This document shows positions 8,143-17,742 of a stretch of 64,000 bases of DNA, in pieces. Numbering within the stretch: the first letter of the stretch is position 1; every line of letters begins with the position of its first letter. The position numbers and the translations under genes are program-made. The DNA comes from a virus, in IMG/VR virus record IMGVR_UViG_3300025141_000071, positions 2,263 to 66,262 of that record, one strand, 5' to 3'. The notes under the pieces were generated by a model that saw nothing but the letters and a program-made list of their open reading frames with translations, did not search any database and was not told the DNA's origin.

Positions 8143-8459
8143 AATTTAATAGAAGATGCGTTAATGTCGTTAACCCAACTTCCATATCCGTATCCCGAAA
8201 AATCAAACTGGACGGGGTCAAACTCAGGCCACGGGATATCCTCTGGGTCACGAATGAAGAAGTAGCATCTCCCGTCAATTTCTTTCTGTTCAACTTCCCA
8301 CTCAGGGTGCTCACTAACATTAACTTTATCGTAGGGAAACCCATATCCAGGCTCAACACGAACAATCCAAGTACCTTGTTCTTTTAAAGGGGAAGCCATG
8401 CGTACAATGTACGGAGCATTATGCCATGACCACACAGTATAGTAATCTTTAGTTTCCAT
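8139..8459 (-). CDS. Hypothetical protein (start revised to 8459)
   Basis: METKDYYTVW...; this start avoids overlap with the divergent gene. Confidence 0.6.
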   Translation of the reverse strand: METKDYYTVWSWHNAPYIVRMASPLKEQGTWIVRVEPGYGFPYDKVNVSEHPEWEVEQKEIDGRCYFFIRDPEDIPWPEFDPVQFDFSGYGYGSWVNDINASSIKF

Positions 8460-8472
8460 AGTATATAAAAGC

Positions 8473-8994
8473 GTGAAGAAAAAAGTTTTGTCAATATTTG
8501 GAGATGAATTTTTCCCCAAAAACGCGAAAGGGATGTCCGCTCGTAAACGACAGAAGTGCGTGGATAAGCTTATTGAGTTCTTTAAGCAGACTAGACCCGA
8601 CTTGGTTTACATTATGCCGACAAAAGGGACCTGTTCCTTTGTAACTGTATTATGCTCTATCCTACAAATCCCATACATTATGGTTTCCCCGTACCCTAAT
8701 TTTTATGAGAACGTTCTTATAGACGATAAAATTTGTATTCGACAGGCTATGGATAAAGCTAAAACGTTTGTTTTAATGGATGATGAGGTACCTGAAACCA
8801 TAGAAGATGGGGTGGGGTTATACGAGAAGGGGGTAGACTTTCTGTGTAAGGTGTCAGATGCTGTTGTATTCTTTTATAGTAAAGATACTACCCGAGAATA
8901 CCATTCCTTTATGGATAAGACGGGCTCTTCTGTGAAACACCACCAAAATATCTGGGAATTAGTATATGATGGCAGGCAGGTGCTTAGCGAATGA
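8473..8994 (+). CDS. Divergent SLOG/YspA-like protein
   Basis: Pattern of Rossmannoid motifs (VLSIFG...IPYIMVSPYP...FLCKVSDAVVFFY) resembles YspA. Confidence 0.45.
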   Translation: MKKKVLSIFGDEFFPKNAKGMSARKRQKCVDKLIEFFKQTRPDLVYIMPTKGTCSFVTVLCSILQIPYIMVSPYPNFYENVLIDDKICIRQAMDKAKTFVLMDDEVPETIEDGVGLYEKGVDFLCKVSDAVVFFYSKDTTREYHSFMDKTGSSVKHHQNIWELVYDGRQVLSE

Positions 8995-9657
8995 GTTCGC
9001 TACCTTAGGAATATCCTTAGCGTAAGCGGCGTCATAACTTCCCCCCGATGCGTGTCTAAGAGAGAGGGGCGCAATATGGTTAGTTCGTCCTCCTAAATAG
9101 GCTTGGAAGGTCATCCATGTATCATAGTGGTGCCACTTAGCATTCCAAGCCGCTGGGCTCCGTAATTTAATTCGAAGGAGAACGTCCCCTTTACATGCCA
9201 AAAATACTCCGTCTAAGGTTACCGCAGTTTGTTTAGGCCCAAAAGCGCTTATGTTCATGGATTCATGGTCGGCTCCATGGTATATGCTTCCCCCTCCACT
9301 ATTATTACGTAATGCACAAGCATACCAATTAATCTCCTCGGTTAGATGGCTGGTTCCTGCAACCCCCACAAACCCCGTGGTTGAATCTTTTAGTTTGGCA
9401 TCCAAGACTCCCATAAAAACTTCACGGTTATTTAAAACTTCAATATCGTCATGGCAAAAAATAACATAATCTTTAAAAGTAACCCCGCATTCCTCTATGC
9501 CCGTCCGCAATGCTCCCAACATGGACTCCGCTTGCCTGATAAAATGAACTTCCCACCCTGCTTTAGTAAGAAAATCATTTAATTTCCCTACAGTCGTAGC
9601 TTTATTCTTGCAATCAGTAACCGATTCTCGTGTTGGTATGATAGCATAACGTTTCAT
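8959..9657 (-). CDS. GT-A (GT2-like) glycosyltransferase (start revised to 9657)
   Basis: YVIFCHDDIE (DxD-type motif), GFVGVAG, TLDGVFLA, WHHYD. Confidence 0.8.
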   Translation of the reverse strand: MKRYAIIPTRESVTDCKNKATTVGKLNDFLTKAGWEVHFIRQAESMLGALRTGIEECGVTFKDYVIFCHDDIEVLNNREVFMGVLDAKLKDSTTGFVGVAGTSHLTEEINWYACALRNNSGGGSIYHGADHESMNISAFGPKQTAVTLDGVFLACKGDVLLRIKLRSPAAWNAKWHHYDTWMTFQAYLGGRTNHIAPLSLRHASGGSYDAAYAKDIPKVANSFAKHLPAIIY

Positions 9658-9670
9658 GCTATATAATAGC

Positions 9671-11140
9671 GTGAAGAGAGAAGAAATTATAGACGAACTA
9701 GAGAAATGTGCGGAATCTCCTGCGTACTTCATTAAGACGTATGTAAATGTTATTCACCCCATCAAGGGAGTTGTACCTTTCCATTTATTTCCGTTCCAAG
9801 AGCGGATGATTGGGGAGATTCATGAAAACCGCTTTACTTTAGTTCGTAAATTCCGTCAGGCAGGTATCACTACCCTCTCAGCGGCGTATTCGTTATGGAA
9901 AATCATTTTTGAGGACCATCAGAACGTCATGGTAGTGTCCATCGGTGACAGAGAGTCACGAGCCTTCCTAGAACGCGTTGTAGCGATGTATGATGACTTA
10001 CCCAAGTGGTTGAAGCCTGCGGAAGTAATGCGCAACAAGCACGTCCTACGGCTCTCTACGGGCTCGCAAATTAAATCGCAACCTGCGGGCGCTGGTCGTG
10101 GTGAGTCGGTGTCTTTGCTTATCGTGGACGAAGCAGCTTTCGTTGATAAGATGCGTGAGTTCTGGATGGCAATCTACCCCACTATCAGTACTGGTGGTGC
10201 TGCCTGTATTATTTCTACGGTTAACGGGATGAGTAATCTTTACTATGAGCTTTACAAAGGCGCGCAGGAAAAAGCAAACAAGTTCCATATCATAGATATT
10301 GAGTGGCAAGAACACCCTTGGTACACACCTGAGTGGTTTGAGGAGACGCGACCAAACATGTCGGACAAAGCGTGGCTTCAAGAGTATGAGTGTGAGTTCC
10401 TAGGTACGGGGGATACCTTTATCGACAGACACACACTCGGAACCATGAGAGAGTCCTGCTCTGAAGAATGGAGTTCTAAATATACTCACCGTATGCGCGT
10501 GTGGGAAGAGCCTCAACCCTATTACAATTACCTGTTGACCGTAGATGCCTCTTACGGACGAGAGCGCGACCACTCGGCTTTTCACATTATCAACCTATAC
10601 AACGGTGAGCAGGTAGCTGAGTTTTATTCTAATGTTACGCCTATCAGTAAGTTTGCGGAAATCATCAGAAAAGAGGGGTACCACTATAACACTGCTTATG
10701 TTCAAGTGGAAAGGAACGGTCTTGGGATGGCGTTGATTGAACAGCTTTGGGAAGTCTTGGAGTATGACAACCTTATTATGGACGATAAAGGGGACTTCGG
10801 ACTTATGCTAACTACGAAAAGCCGAGAAGTTGTTTTATCAGATTTAGAGGATTGTTTAAGAAAAGGGAAAATAAAAGTTAATTCTTCGCGCACAGTTGAA
10901 GAACTTTTAACTTTTATTATTAATGAGGATACTGGAAAAGTAGAAGCTGATGACGGGTATAATGATGACCTTGTTATGAGCTTAGCTTTAGCAGCACACT
11001 CAATGGACGATATTTATCGAGGGAGCCCAGAACCCTTAGCATCTGGCGATAACGATAAATCCATGGCAATGCCAGTTATAAGCACTAAATATGCTGAGGA
11101 CGAAGAAGTAAAAACCTATCACCAATGGATGAAAATGTAA
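9671..11140 (+). CDS. terL: Terminase large subunit (T4 gp17-like); GTG start
   Basis: HPIKG..PF.LFPFQ, KFRQAGITT Walker A, LLIVDEAAF Walker B, STVNG, QEYECEF, DDLVMSL. Confidence 0.95.
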   Translation: MKREEIIDELEKCAESPAYFIKTYVNVIHPIKGVVPFHLFPFQERMIGEIHENRFTLVRKFRQAGITTLSAAYSLWKIIFEDHQNVMVVSIGDRESRAFLERVVAMYDDLPKWLKPAEVMRNKHVLRLSTGSQIKSQPAGAGRGESVSLLIVDEAAFVDKMREFWMAIYPTISTGGAACIISTVNGMSNLYYELYKGAQEKANKFHIIDIEWQEHPWYTPEWFEETRPNMSDKAWLQEYECEFLGTGDTFIDRHTLGTMRESCSEEWSSKYTHRMRVWEEPQPYYNYLLTVDASYGRERDHSAFHIINLYNGEQVAEFYSNVTPISKFAEIIRKEGYHYNTAYVQVERNGLGMALIEQLWEVLEYDNLIMDDKGDFGLMLTTKSREVVLSDLEDCLRKGKIKVNSSRTVEELLTFIINEDTGKVEADDGYNDDLVMSLALAAHSMDDIYRGSPEPLASGDNDKSMAMPVISTKYAEDEEVKTYHQWMKM

Positions 11141-12831
11141 ACAATGATAATGTGAATGAGAATATGGGAGCAACCGAGTTCCCTAGCTCACACACTTATG
11201 GACAGAATGCACCTGGATACCGAGGGCGGTTTGCTGCATTTTGGCAGAACTTTGGACTTGGTGGAAAGAAAAAGAAGCGAGGTCGTCCGCCCCTAGTTAA
11301 ACCTCTTGCGGGTGACGCGAAAAGCCCTGCGGACGAAACTTTTGAGGATTTTGCAGGTGGTTACGGACGCCAAGGTACGGGGTATGGTATGCCTCGCGTC
11401 GAGCAAGAGCGTCGTAGACGTTATCAGGATTACGAGCGTATGGACCTTGAAGCTGAGGTCGGCGCTGCATTAGACATTTACTCCGATGATGCTACCCAAG
11501 AGAATACGAAAAAAGAAATGTTCGAGCTTAGCACGGACAATGACGTTCTTAAAAGAGAAGTAGACCAATTCTTTAAGCAGACTAAGCTAGAGAAGTTTAT
11601 CTGGGATATTGTTAGGAACACCGCTAAGTATGGGGATTGTTTTGTGGAGAATGTTGTAGACCTCAACAATATTGAGCAGGGTATTAGGCGTCTTAAGATT
11701 CTTAACCCGAACTACATTTTCCGCGTTGAGGATAAGTACGGTTATCTGAAGGAGTTCTTGCAGGAAATCCCTAATAGGGCAAATCAAACCACGGACCTCT
11801 CTCAAAGCTTTATTCCCGATAAAAAGAAAAAGAACTACATTACCCTTAATAAAGACCAAATCGTCCACTTCCGTCGTATGACCTCGGATGCGAACTACTA
11901 CCCCTACGGGAAGGGTATCTTAGCGTACGGAGTGCGGGTCTTTAAATCCCTAATGCTAATGGAGGATGCGATGCTTATCTACCGTATCCAACGTGCTCCT
12001 GAAAGGCGTGCGTTCTACCTAGAAACAGGTAACCTACCCCAATCTAAGGTTGAAGCTTTCGTCGAAAGGATTAAAGCTAAGTTCAAGAAACAACCTATGT
12101 GGAACGCTGCTTCCAATAGTGTAGATTACAATTACAACCCCCTTACTGTAGATGAGGATTTCTTTATCCCTATTAGAAACGGACAAGGTACTAAGGTTGA
12201 GGTTCTCCCTGGCGCACAAAACCTAGGTGAGACGGATGATGTTAAGTATTTCCGAGATAAGCTCCTTGCGGCTCTTAAAGTTCCCAAGGATTTTATCGTA
12301 GAAAAGGACAACTCTCCCGAGCGTAAAGCTAACCTTTCTCAACTCGACGTTAAATTTGCCAAGGCGGTACACCGCTTGCAGGCAGATGTTGAGCGAAGCT
12401 TAAACGTGCTTCTTAAAAGACATCTTACTCTACGAGGACTTCCTAAAAGTTTAATCGAGTCAGTAGAAGTAAGTCTCACTTCTCCTTCAGATATGTTCGA
12501 GAAGCGCAGGCTTGAAGTTGACGAGCAAAAAGTTCGTATTGTCCAAGCTGTAAAGGGCTTAATGCTCTTTGATGATGAGTATCTTTATAAAACCTACTTC
12601 GGCATGACTGATGCTGAAGTGGAGGATATGAAGGAACGCATGAAGAAGCAAATGGAAGAACAACCTCAACAGGACCCAATGGGAATGGGCGGTGCGCCTA
12701 TGCCTCCTATGGGGGGACTTGAAGATGGCGCTGACCCTGGCGTTGAAGAAGCTGGGGATGAAGACCTTGATGCAGATACCGCTCCTCCTGGTACGACCTC
12801 TATAGGTAAGCCAGGGGATGTGAAATCCTAA
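11125..12831 (+). CDS. gp20: Portal protein (T4 gp20-like)
   Basis: MEDAMLIYRIQRAPERRAFY, EDFFIP, VKYFRDKLLAALKVP; follows terminase. Confidence 0.95.
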   Translation: MDENVNNDNVNENMGATEFPSSHTYGQNAPGYRGRFAAFWQNFGLGGKKKKRGRPPLVKPLAGDAKSPADETFEDFAGGYGRQGTGYGMPRVEQERRRRYQDYERMDLEAEVGAALDIYSDDATQENTKKEMFELSTDNDVLKREVDQFFKQTKLEKFIWDIVRNTAKYGDCFVENVVDLNNIEQGIRRLKILNPNYIFRVEDKYGYLKEFLQEIPNRANQTTDLSQSFIPDKKKKNYITLNKDQIVHFRRMTSDANYYPYGKGILAYGVRVFKSLMLMEDAMLIYRIQRAPERRAFYLETGNLPQSKVEAFVERIKAKFKKQPMWNAASNSVDYNYNPLTVDEDFFIPIRNGQGTKVEVLPGAQNLGETDDVKYFRDKLLAALKVPKDFIVEKDNSPERKANLSQLDVKFAKAVHRLQADVERSLNVLLKRHLTLRGLPKSLIESVEVSLTSPSDMFEKRRLEVDEQKVRIVQAVKGLMLFDDEYLYKTYFGMTDAEVEDMKERMKKQMEEQPQQDPMGMGGAPMPPMGGLEDGADPGVEEAGDEDLDADTAPPGTTSIGKPGDVKS

Positions 12832-12902
12832 AAATTACAAAATTTTTGTAAAAAACCCTAACTAGCCTTAGTATATATCTTTACCTAGGGCTATTGTATA
12901 TT

Positions 12903-15089
12903 ATGAACACCACCGACACCTTTTTTAATCGAGACCAAAGCATTGCTAAAGTTAACATGGCAATGAATTATTTAAGCCGTCTCGTGAGGGAGAACATGAC
13001 CATTTTTGATTATGACTCCACCACGGGAAAAACATCCTTTCTTACGAACTCTGACAGGCTAGTCACTTGCGTTGTTGTCACTGAAGGCAGCAACGTTTCT
13101 TTAAAGGATGTTGAAGTTGAAGACGCTACGGAGGTTTTTTCTAACGAAAGGATTGACGAAGGCGTAGACGGCTTTGTGTCTGGATTTATCGAAAGCCTCA
13201 AGGTAGGGGAGTATGGGGGAGCCGAGAAGGGTTTCTCTGACCTCTTAGGTGCATTTGAATCTCGCTCTAAAGTTAACGAGTCACGGTCAAAGCTTGAACG
13301 TCGTCGTAATCACTTTAATGAAGCCCAAGAGATTCTTTCTACCCCTGAGTTTATTAAGCTCAGTGAGGTAAAAGATAATCTCGTTTCTTTCTTAGAAGAA
13401 AACAGAGAGGGCTTACTGGAGTATGAGGATGTCATCAACTCAGTTCGCTTGACCAACGCTTTAGGGAAGGCTTTCAACTCTGCCCGTAAAACTTGGGAGG
13501 AGGTTGTTGAGGAAGGAACTATGGTTGTTCCTTATGATTCAAAGAAGACCGTCTTCGAAATGATTTGCACGCAGGAGTTAATCCGCAGTGAGCTTACAGA
13601 GTCTAAAGAAAACTTCGCTCGCTCCTGGGTTAAGAATCCGAAAATTGCAGCTCTTGCCTCCTGCATCTACAATGATGACGCTAAGGTTTCCGATGCGTTA
13701 ACTGAAGCCGTTCAAGCGGTGCCTTACCTCGCTCTTGCCAGTAAAGCAGACATTAAAGAGGTGTTTGCCTCTATTTATGAGTCCTCAGATGTAGCCAATA
13801 TCTCGCAGAAAGATGTTCGCGAATACGTAGGCCGCATTTTTGAGTTTAAGAAGCCCATCAAGACTCGGGTTATTAAAGAGCTTAATGAGTCGTACGGAAT
13901 TAACGTACAGAACCTTAAGTTCGTGCCTTCTTTCGCTAACCTATCCAAAGCTCAGTCGGTCCTTTTTGAAGCCTTATCTAAACTAGGCGGTAAGGAAACT
14001 GTTGTTAAGGACGTTCTTTTTGAAACGTCTAAGATGTTGCGTAAAAAGAATGGCATTGAAACATTAGATTTAAATGATTTTGTAAGTCACGTCTTTGGTA
14101 AGGCTGGGATTTTTGAAAGCGCGGAGTTTTACCGTGACGTGAACTTAGATACGGTTGTCGATGCAGTCCTTGACGAGAAGTGGGGCGATAAGAAAGGCGA
14201 CAAGTCTAACGTAAAGAAAGACGCCAAGGATAAGGGCGACTACGAGACTGGTGCGCGTAAAGGTGATAAGTCTAACCAAAAGTCCAAGAAGGGCGATAAG
14301 GGGGACTACGAGACAGGAGCCCGTAAGGGGGATAAGGGAGATGGTTCCCATCCCGACCGTAAGGATTTCGAAACCGAAAAGGGGAATTCCAACTTCGGAG
14401 GAAACAAAGGCGACAAGTCCAAGACCCATAAGGGCAAAGATTTCGAAACCGAGGATGGTAACTCCAACTACGGCGGAAACAAAGGTGATAAGTCCAAAAC
14501 TCACGCAGGCAAGGATTTCGAAAAGAATGGCAATGGGAACGGGGACGACGAAAACGGCGACCCTAAAGCCTTCGGAGGTAAGAAGGGTGATAAGTCCAAG
14601 ACCCACAAAGGTAAAGATTTCGAAACCGAGGATGGTAACTCCAACTACGGCGGAAACAAAGGTGATAAGTCCAAGACGCACCCTGGTGAGCTAGACTACG
14701 AGGACGATGACGCCAAGGCTAAGGATGAATTTCCCTTAGCTAAAGATAAGGACGGAAAAAAAAAGAAAAAAAAGAAGGGAGGCGGTTTAAGCGACTCAGA
14801 AGCTGATGCCGCCGAAGACCAAACCGCCTATGACGAGTCTATTGAGTACGCCGAACCCGAAGAGGAAACTGACTTCGGCTCTGGTTTGAGCGACGAAGGA
14901 ATGACCGAATTAATGGGTGAACTTGAGAACCTCTTTAAGGAGATTGATTGGAATGCAATCGCAGAGGATGAAGTAGAAGACGGAGATGTCTCTGACGGAA
15001 ACGACTACAGTGATGAAATGACTGAGCGCACTCCGAATGAGTTCTCGGACGAAGAGGTAGGTACCCCGTCACAAGACGAAGCGCCTTAA
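12903..15089 (+). CDS. Large head-associated protein with K/G/D-rich repeat region
   Basis: Directly after the portal; helical N-terminal region, KGDKSKTH repeats, acidic tail. Confidence 0.7.
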   Translation: MNTTDTFFNRDQSIAKVNMAMNYLSRLVRENMTIFDYDSTTGKTSFLTNSDRLVTCVVVTEGSNVSLKDVEVEDATEVFSNERIDEGVDGFVSGFIESLKVGEYGGAEKGFSDLLGAFESRSKVNESRSKLERRRNHFNEAQEILSTPEFIKLSEVKDNLVSFLEENREGLLEYEDVINSVRLTNALGKAFNSARKTWEEVVEEGTMVVPYDSKKTVFEMICTQELIRSELTESKENFARSWVKNPKIAALASCIYNDDAKVSDALTEAVQAVPYLALASKADIKEVFASIYESSDVANISQKDVREYVGRIFEFKKPIKTRVIKELNESYGINVQNLKFVPSFANLSKAQSVLFEALSKLGGKETVVKDVLFETSKMLRKKNGIETLDLNDFVSHVFGKAGIFESAEFYRDVNLDTVVDAVLDEKWGDKKGDKSNVKKDAKDKGDYETGARKGDKSNQKSKKGDKGDYETGARKGDKGDGSHPDRKDFETEKGNSNFGGNKGDKSKTHKGKDFETEDGNSNYGGNKGDKSKTHAGKDFEKNGNGNGDDENGDPKAFGGKKGDKSKTHKGKDFETEDGNSNYGGNKGDKSKTHPGELDYEDDDAKAKDEFPLAKDKDGKKKKKKKGGGLSDSEADAAEDQTAYDESIEYAEPEEETDFGSGLSDEGMTELMGELENLFKEIDWNAIAEDEVEDGDVSDGNDYSDEMTERTPNEFSDEEVGTPSQDEAP
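14190..14700 (+). repeat. Intragenic repeats (KGDKSKTHxGKDFE units)
   Basis: 62-nt exact direct repeat at 14436-14497 and 14613-14674, plus degenerate copies. Confidence 0.9.
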
Positions 15090-15319
15090 TCCTCCATGAA
15101 TCCCTGTTTTAGCCACATGATGTTATAAAATACAAATCTATTTTGCAGCCCTAGCAGCAAGCTAGTGATATTATACATCTCTTTAATAGACTCTTCTGAT
15201 ACTTTGGAAGAGTCTATTATTTTTTGCAGGGAGTCAATGGCATACTTTAACTCTTCTCTGTCTTCGGGCTTTAGCTTACTAAGGCTTTTAATAATGTCAT
15301 TTTTAGTTCTTATGGGCAT
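15086..15319 (-). CDS. Hypothetical protein downstream of the helicase
   Basis: Overlaps the helicase 3' end by 10 nt. Confidence 0.6.
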   Translation of the reverse strand: MPIRTKNDIIKSLSKLKPEDREELKYAIDSLQKIIDSSKVSEESIKEMYNITSLLLGLQNRFVFYNIMWLKQGFMED

Positions 15320-16650
15320 AATACTTTTATTTTAAGGGATTTGTATGCGCGCTTGCGCGAGAGGGCGTGTTCTTTTAGATACGGCACTGTATCATTAAAG
15401 TCGTAAATATTCACTTTTGTTTTAGTCTCATGAATTCTCAATGCACGTCCTAGTGCTTGAAGGGTAGCAATCTCAGACTTAAGACCTCTAGCGTTGATGA
15501 GGTGGGTAATCTCGGGAATATCAATGCCCGTCTGCATGATTTTAGTGCCTATCAAGATTGACACGTCACCTTCGGTGAACGCCTTAATAGTTTGCTTTCT
15601 AGTCATTACGTCATCTTTACCCTCTAGGGCTAGGGCGTCTGGAATCATCTCCTTTAATATTTGAAGGTGCTTGAGGTTCTTCACTAGGATGAGAATCTTG
15701 CCCTTCTTAACGTTCTCACAGATTTTCTTAATTTTTCCATTTCTCACCGTGTTATTAATAATATGGCTCTCATAAATATCGACATAAGTGGCGTCTAACA
15801 GTGAATGGTCAGTATAGGCTGGGAGGTTTACGAAAGTAACCACAGGAGGTGTAAGAAATCCTTCCTCTACCAGTTCCTGGACGTCAACATCGGAGATGAT
15901 ACTTCCAAGGTAAGATACTAGGTTGAGTTTAGCCATTCTGTCTTTAGGCATTGTCGCAGACATACCAAAACGGTAATTAGCGTTAGGAAAAGACTTTACA
16001 ACCTTAGTAGTAAGCTTTCCTTTAGAGAATTCATGAACCTCATCAAATATAATAAATTCTGCCTGATTCAAATGGGAGTCTATAACCTTGTGAATAGACT
16101 GAACTGTACATAAAGTAATAGGTTTAATGTCGGTACCAGCCCCGTAGACTCGTCCTACATCAAAACCAAACTTAGTTAAGAAGTCGTACGTTTGTTCTAG
16201 AAGAGATGTTTGAGTAAAAAAGATTAAACCGTGTTTGCCTTCTAAAGCTTTTAGTAATCCCGCTAGGATAATAGTCTTTCCTGCGCCTGTAGGAGCTTCA
16301 ATCAAAGCTTTCCCAGCCTCCAGAGCCTGTAAAATGAGCTTTTCTTGATACCCTCGGTACTCAATTCCCTTTACGTCTATGTTAGGGCTATCTATAAGTG
16401 GGTCTCGTTCATCCACGATAGAGTAATCTAATTCAGCAGATATTAAATCGTGCTCAATAAATGGAAGTAGACCTGTACCAAAGGAACCTTTCTCTGTAAT
16501 AAAATATTTGGAGCCGTCCCACCCGCGTTTGTAAGCTTTGCTATACCTCGCACCTGGGATTTTTGCGCTGTACTTCTTACGAAGAAGTGATAACAGTTCT
16601 TTATTATCCGTTTTTAGTAAAGAAGTTACATTTTTTACGAAAATCTTCAT
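15310..16650 (-). CDS. uvsW: SF2 DNA helicase, UvsW-like
   Basis: APTGAGKT, DEVH, GMSAT, TGIDIP, QALGRALR; N-terminal WDG motif. Confidence 0.88.
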   Translation of the reverse strand: MKIFVKNVTSLLKTDNKELLSLLRKKYSAKIPGARYSKAYKRGWDGSKYFITEKGSFGTGLLPFIEHDLISAELDYSIVDERDPLIDSPNIDVKGIEYRGYQEKLILQALEAGKALIEAPTGAGKTIILAGLLKALEGKHGLIFFTQTSLLEQTYDFLTKFGFDVGRVYGAGTDIKPITLCTVQSIHKVIDSHLNQAEFIIFDEVHEFSKGKLTTKVVKSFPNANYRFGMSATMPKDRMAKLNLVSYLGSIISDVDVQELVEEGFLTPPVVTFVNLPAYTDHSLLDATYVDIYESHIINNTVRNGKIKKICENVKKGKILILVKNLKHLQILKEMIPDALALEGKDDVMTRKQTIKAFTEGDVSILIGTKIMQTGIDIPEITHLINARGLKSEIATLQALGRALRIHETKTKVNIYDFNDTVPYLKEHALSRKRAYKSLKIKVLCP

Positions 16651-16697
16651 TTATATTACTATTATAGTAAAAAGCATCTTTTTTTTGGAGTAAATTT

Positions 16698-17552
16698 ATG
16701 ACTGAAGAATCAATTGTTGACCTTGTGAAACAGCACCAAGCAGGTGGAACCCCAGGAGTACCTCCTGAAAGCCCTCAGGACGGCGCTGTGGAACGTAAAG
16801 CTCAGATGATGTCTGAGAACATCCCTGTAGATAGGAACGTTGAGGCGGCTTTAGAAGGGCTCCTAAGCAATATTAAAAGCAAGATGGCTTGGATGGAAAT
16901 TGAACTTCCATCTCAGGGGTTATTGTACCCCGAAGCTCAGAAGACACTTAGGATTCGCCCTTTTACTTTTGAAGACGAAAGAATCCTTAAGAGTATGGAT
17001 GGGGTGAAGAATCCTGATGCTGTTATTGAACGCCTACTTCGGAACGCTACGGAGGGGTTGGATGTTGCTTCCTTAACGCCCCACGATAGAGTATATGTAC
17101 TTTTCCGTTTACGCGGAATTTCATACGGAGATGGGTATGGCGTATCCCATGACTGTGAGAAGTGTGGGGTAACGAGCAAATTAGAGCTTTCTATTAAGAG
17201 CTTGGATACCACCCACCTTACACGCGAGCATATGATATTTACTTTACCCGATTCCTTGCAGGAGGTAGAGGTAAAGCTGCCTAGGGCTCAAGATGAGCAC
17301 CTCTATTCCGATAACTCTACACTCATGGGTAATATGCACATGTTCGTGTACAGGGTAGGGGACATCATGGACAAAACCATTATCGAGGCTTTCATCCAAA
17401 AGACGACCGTTCGAGATATTGATACCTTGAGAAATAAAATCTTTGCTCCTGAGTATGGAATGGAAAATCACTTCTTTTACACCTGCGCAGGCTGCCGACA
17501 TAAGAACAAGGTGGACATTCAGTTGAACGAGAATTTTTTTACAGCGAGCTGA
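16698..17552 (+). CDS. Baseplate hub assembly / tail assembly chaperone (T4 gp26-like)
   Basis: ELPSQG, IRPFTFEDERIL, LRGISYG, two CxxC, terminal NFF. Confidence 0.75.
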   Translation: MTEESIVDLVKQHQAGGTPGVPPESPQDGAVERKAQMMSENIPVDRNVEAALEGLLSNIKSKMAWMEIELPSQGLLYPEAQKTLRIRPFTFEDERILKSMDGVKNPDAVIERLLRNATEGLDVASLTPHDRVYVLFRLRGISYGDGYGVSHDCEKCGVTSKLELSIKSLDTTHLTREHMIFTLPDSLQEVEVKLPRAQDEHLYSDNSTLMGNMHMFVYRVGDIMDKTIIEAFIQKTTVRDIDTLRNKIFAPEYGMENHFFYTCAGCRHKNKVDIQLNENFFTAS

Positions 17553-17734
17553 GTGAGGTCTGGAAGGAAGATGGGCTAGAACGCCAAGCCTATTTCCTCG
17601 CGAAGCATGTTAATATAAATCTTTCTGATGTAGATAAACTCACGTTGCTTGAACGAAACACGTATATAAAGTTGTTAAAGGAAGAGCGTACCCAACAAAA
17701 TGAAGAGTTGGAGAAAGCTCGGAGAAAGAACTAA
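17534..17734 (+). CDS. gp51-like ORF, probably reached by -1 frameshift (not in ORF track)
   Basis: -1 frame reads YSELSEVWKEDGLERQAYFLAKHVNINLSDVDKLTLLERNTYIKLLKEER...; no ATG/GTG start; T7 run at 17534-17540. Confidence 0.7.
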   Translation, partial: FFYSELSEVWKEDGLERQAYFLAKHVNINLSDVDKLTLLERNTYIKLLKEERTQQNEELEKARRKN

Positions 17735-17742
17735 ATACTTTT

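Noticed and set aside
9845-9875. Terminase Walker A without the canonical Lys (RQAGITT) as a sign of inactivation
   Set aside because: All other ATPase and nuclease motifs are intact, and to my knowledge this variant is common in related T4-like terminases
4125-11140. Inteins or introns in nrdJ or terminase
   Set aside because: ORFs are continuous and of ordinary length; no splice-junction motifs or homing endonuclease seen
14145-14694. Alternative-frame and antisense ORFs over the KGDKS repeats
   Set aside because: By-products of the repeat; no start signals
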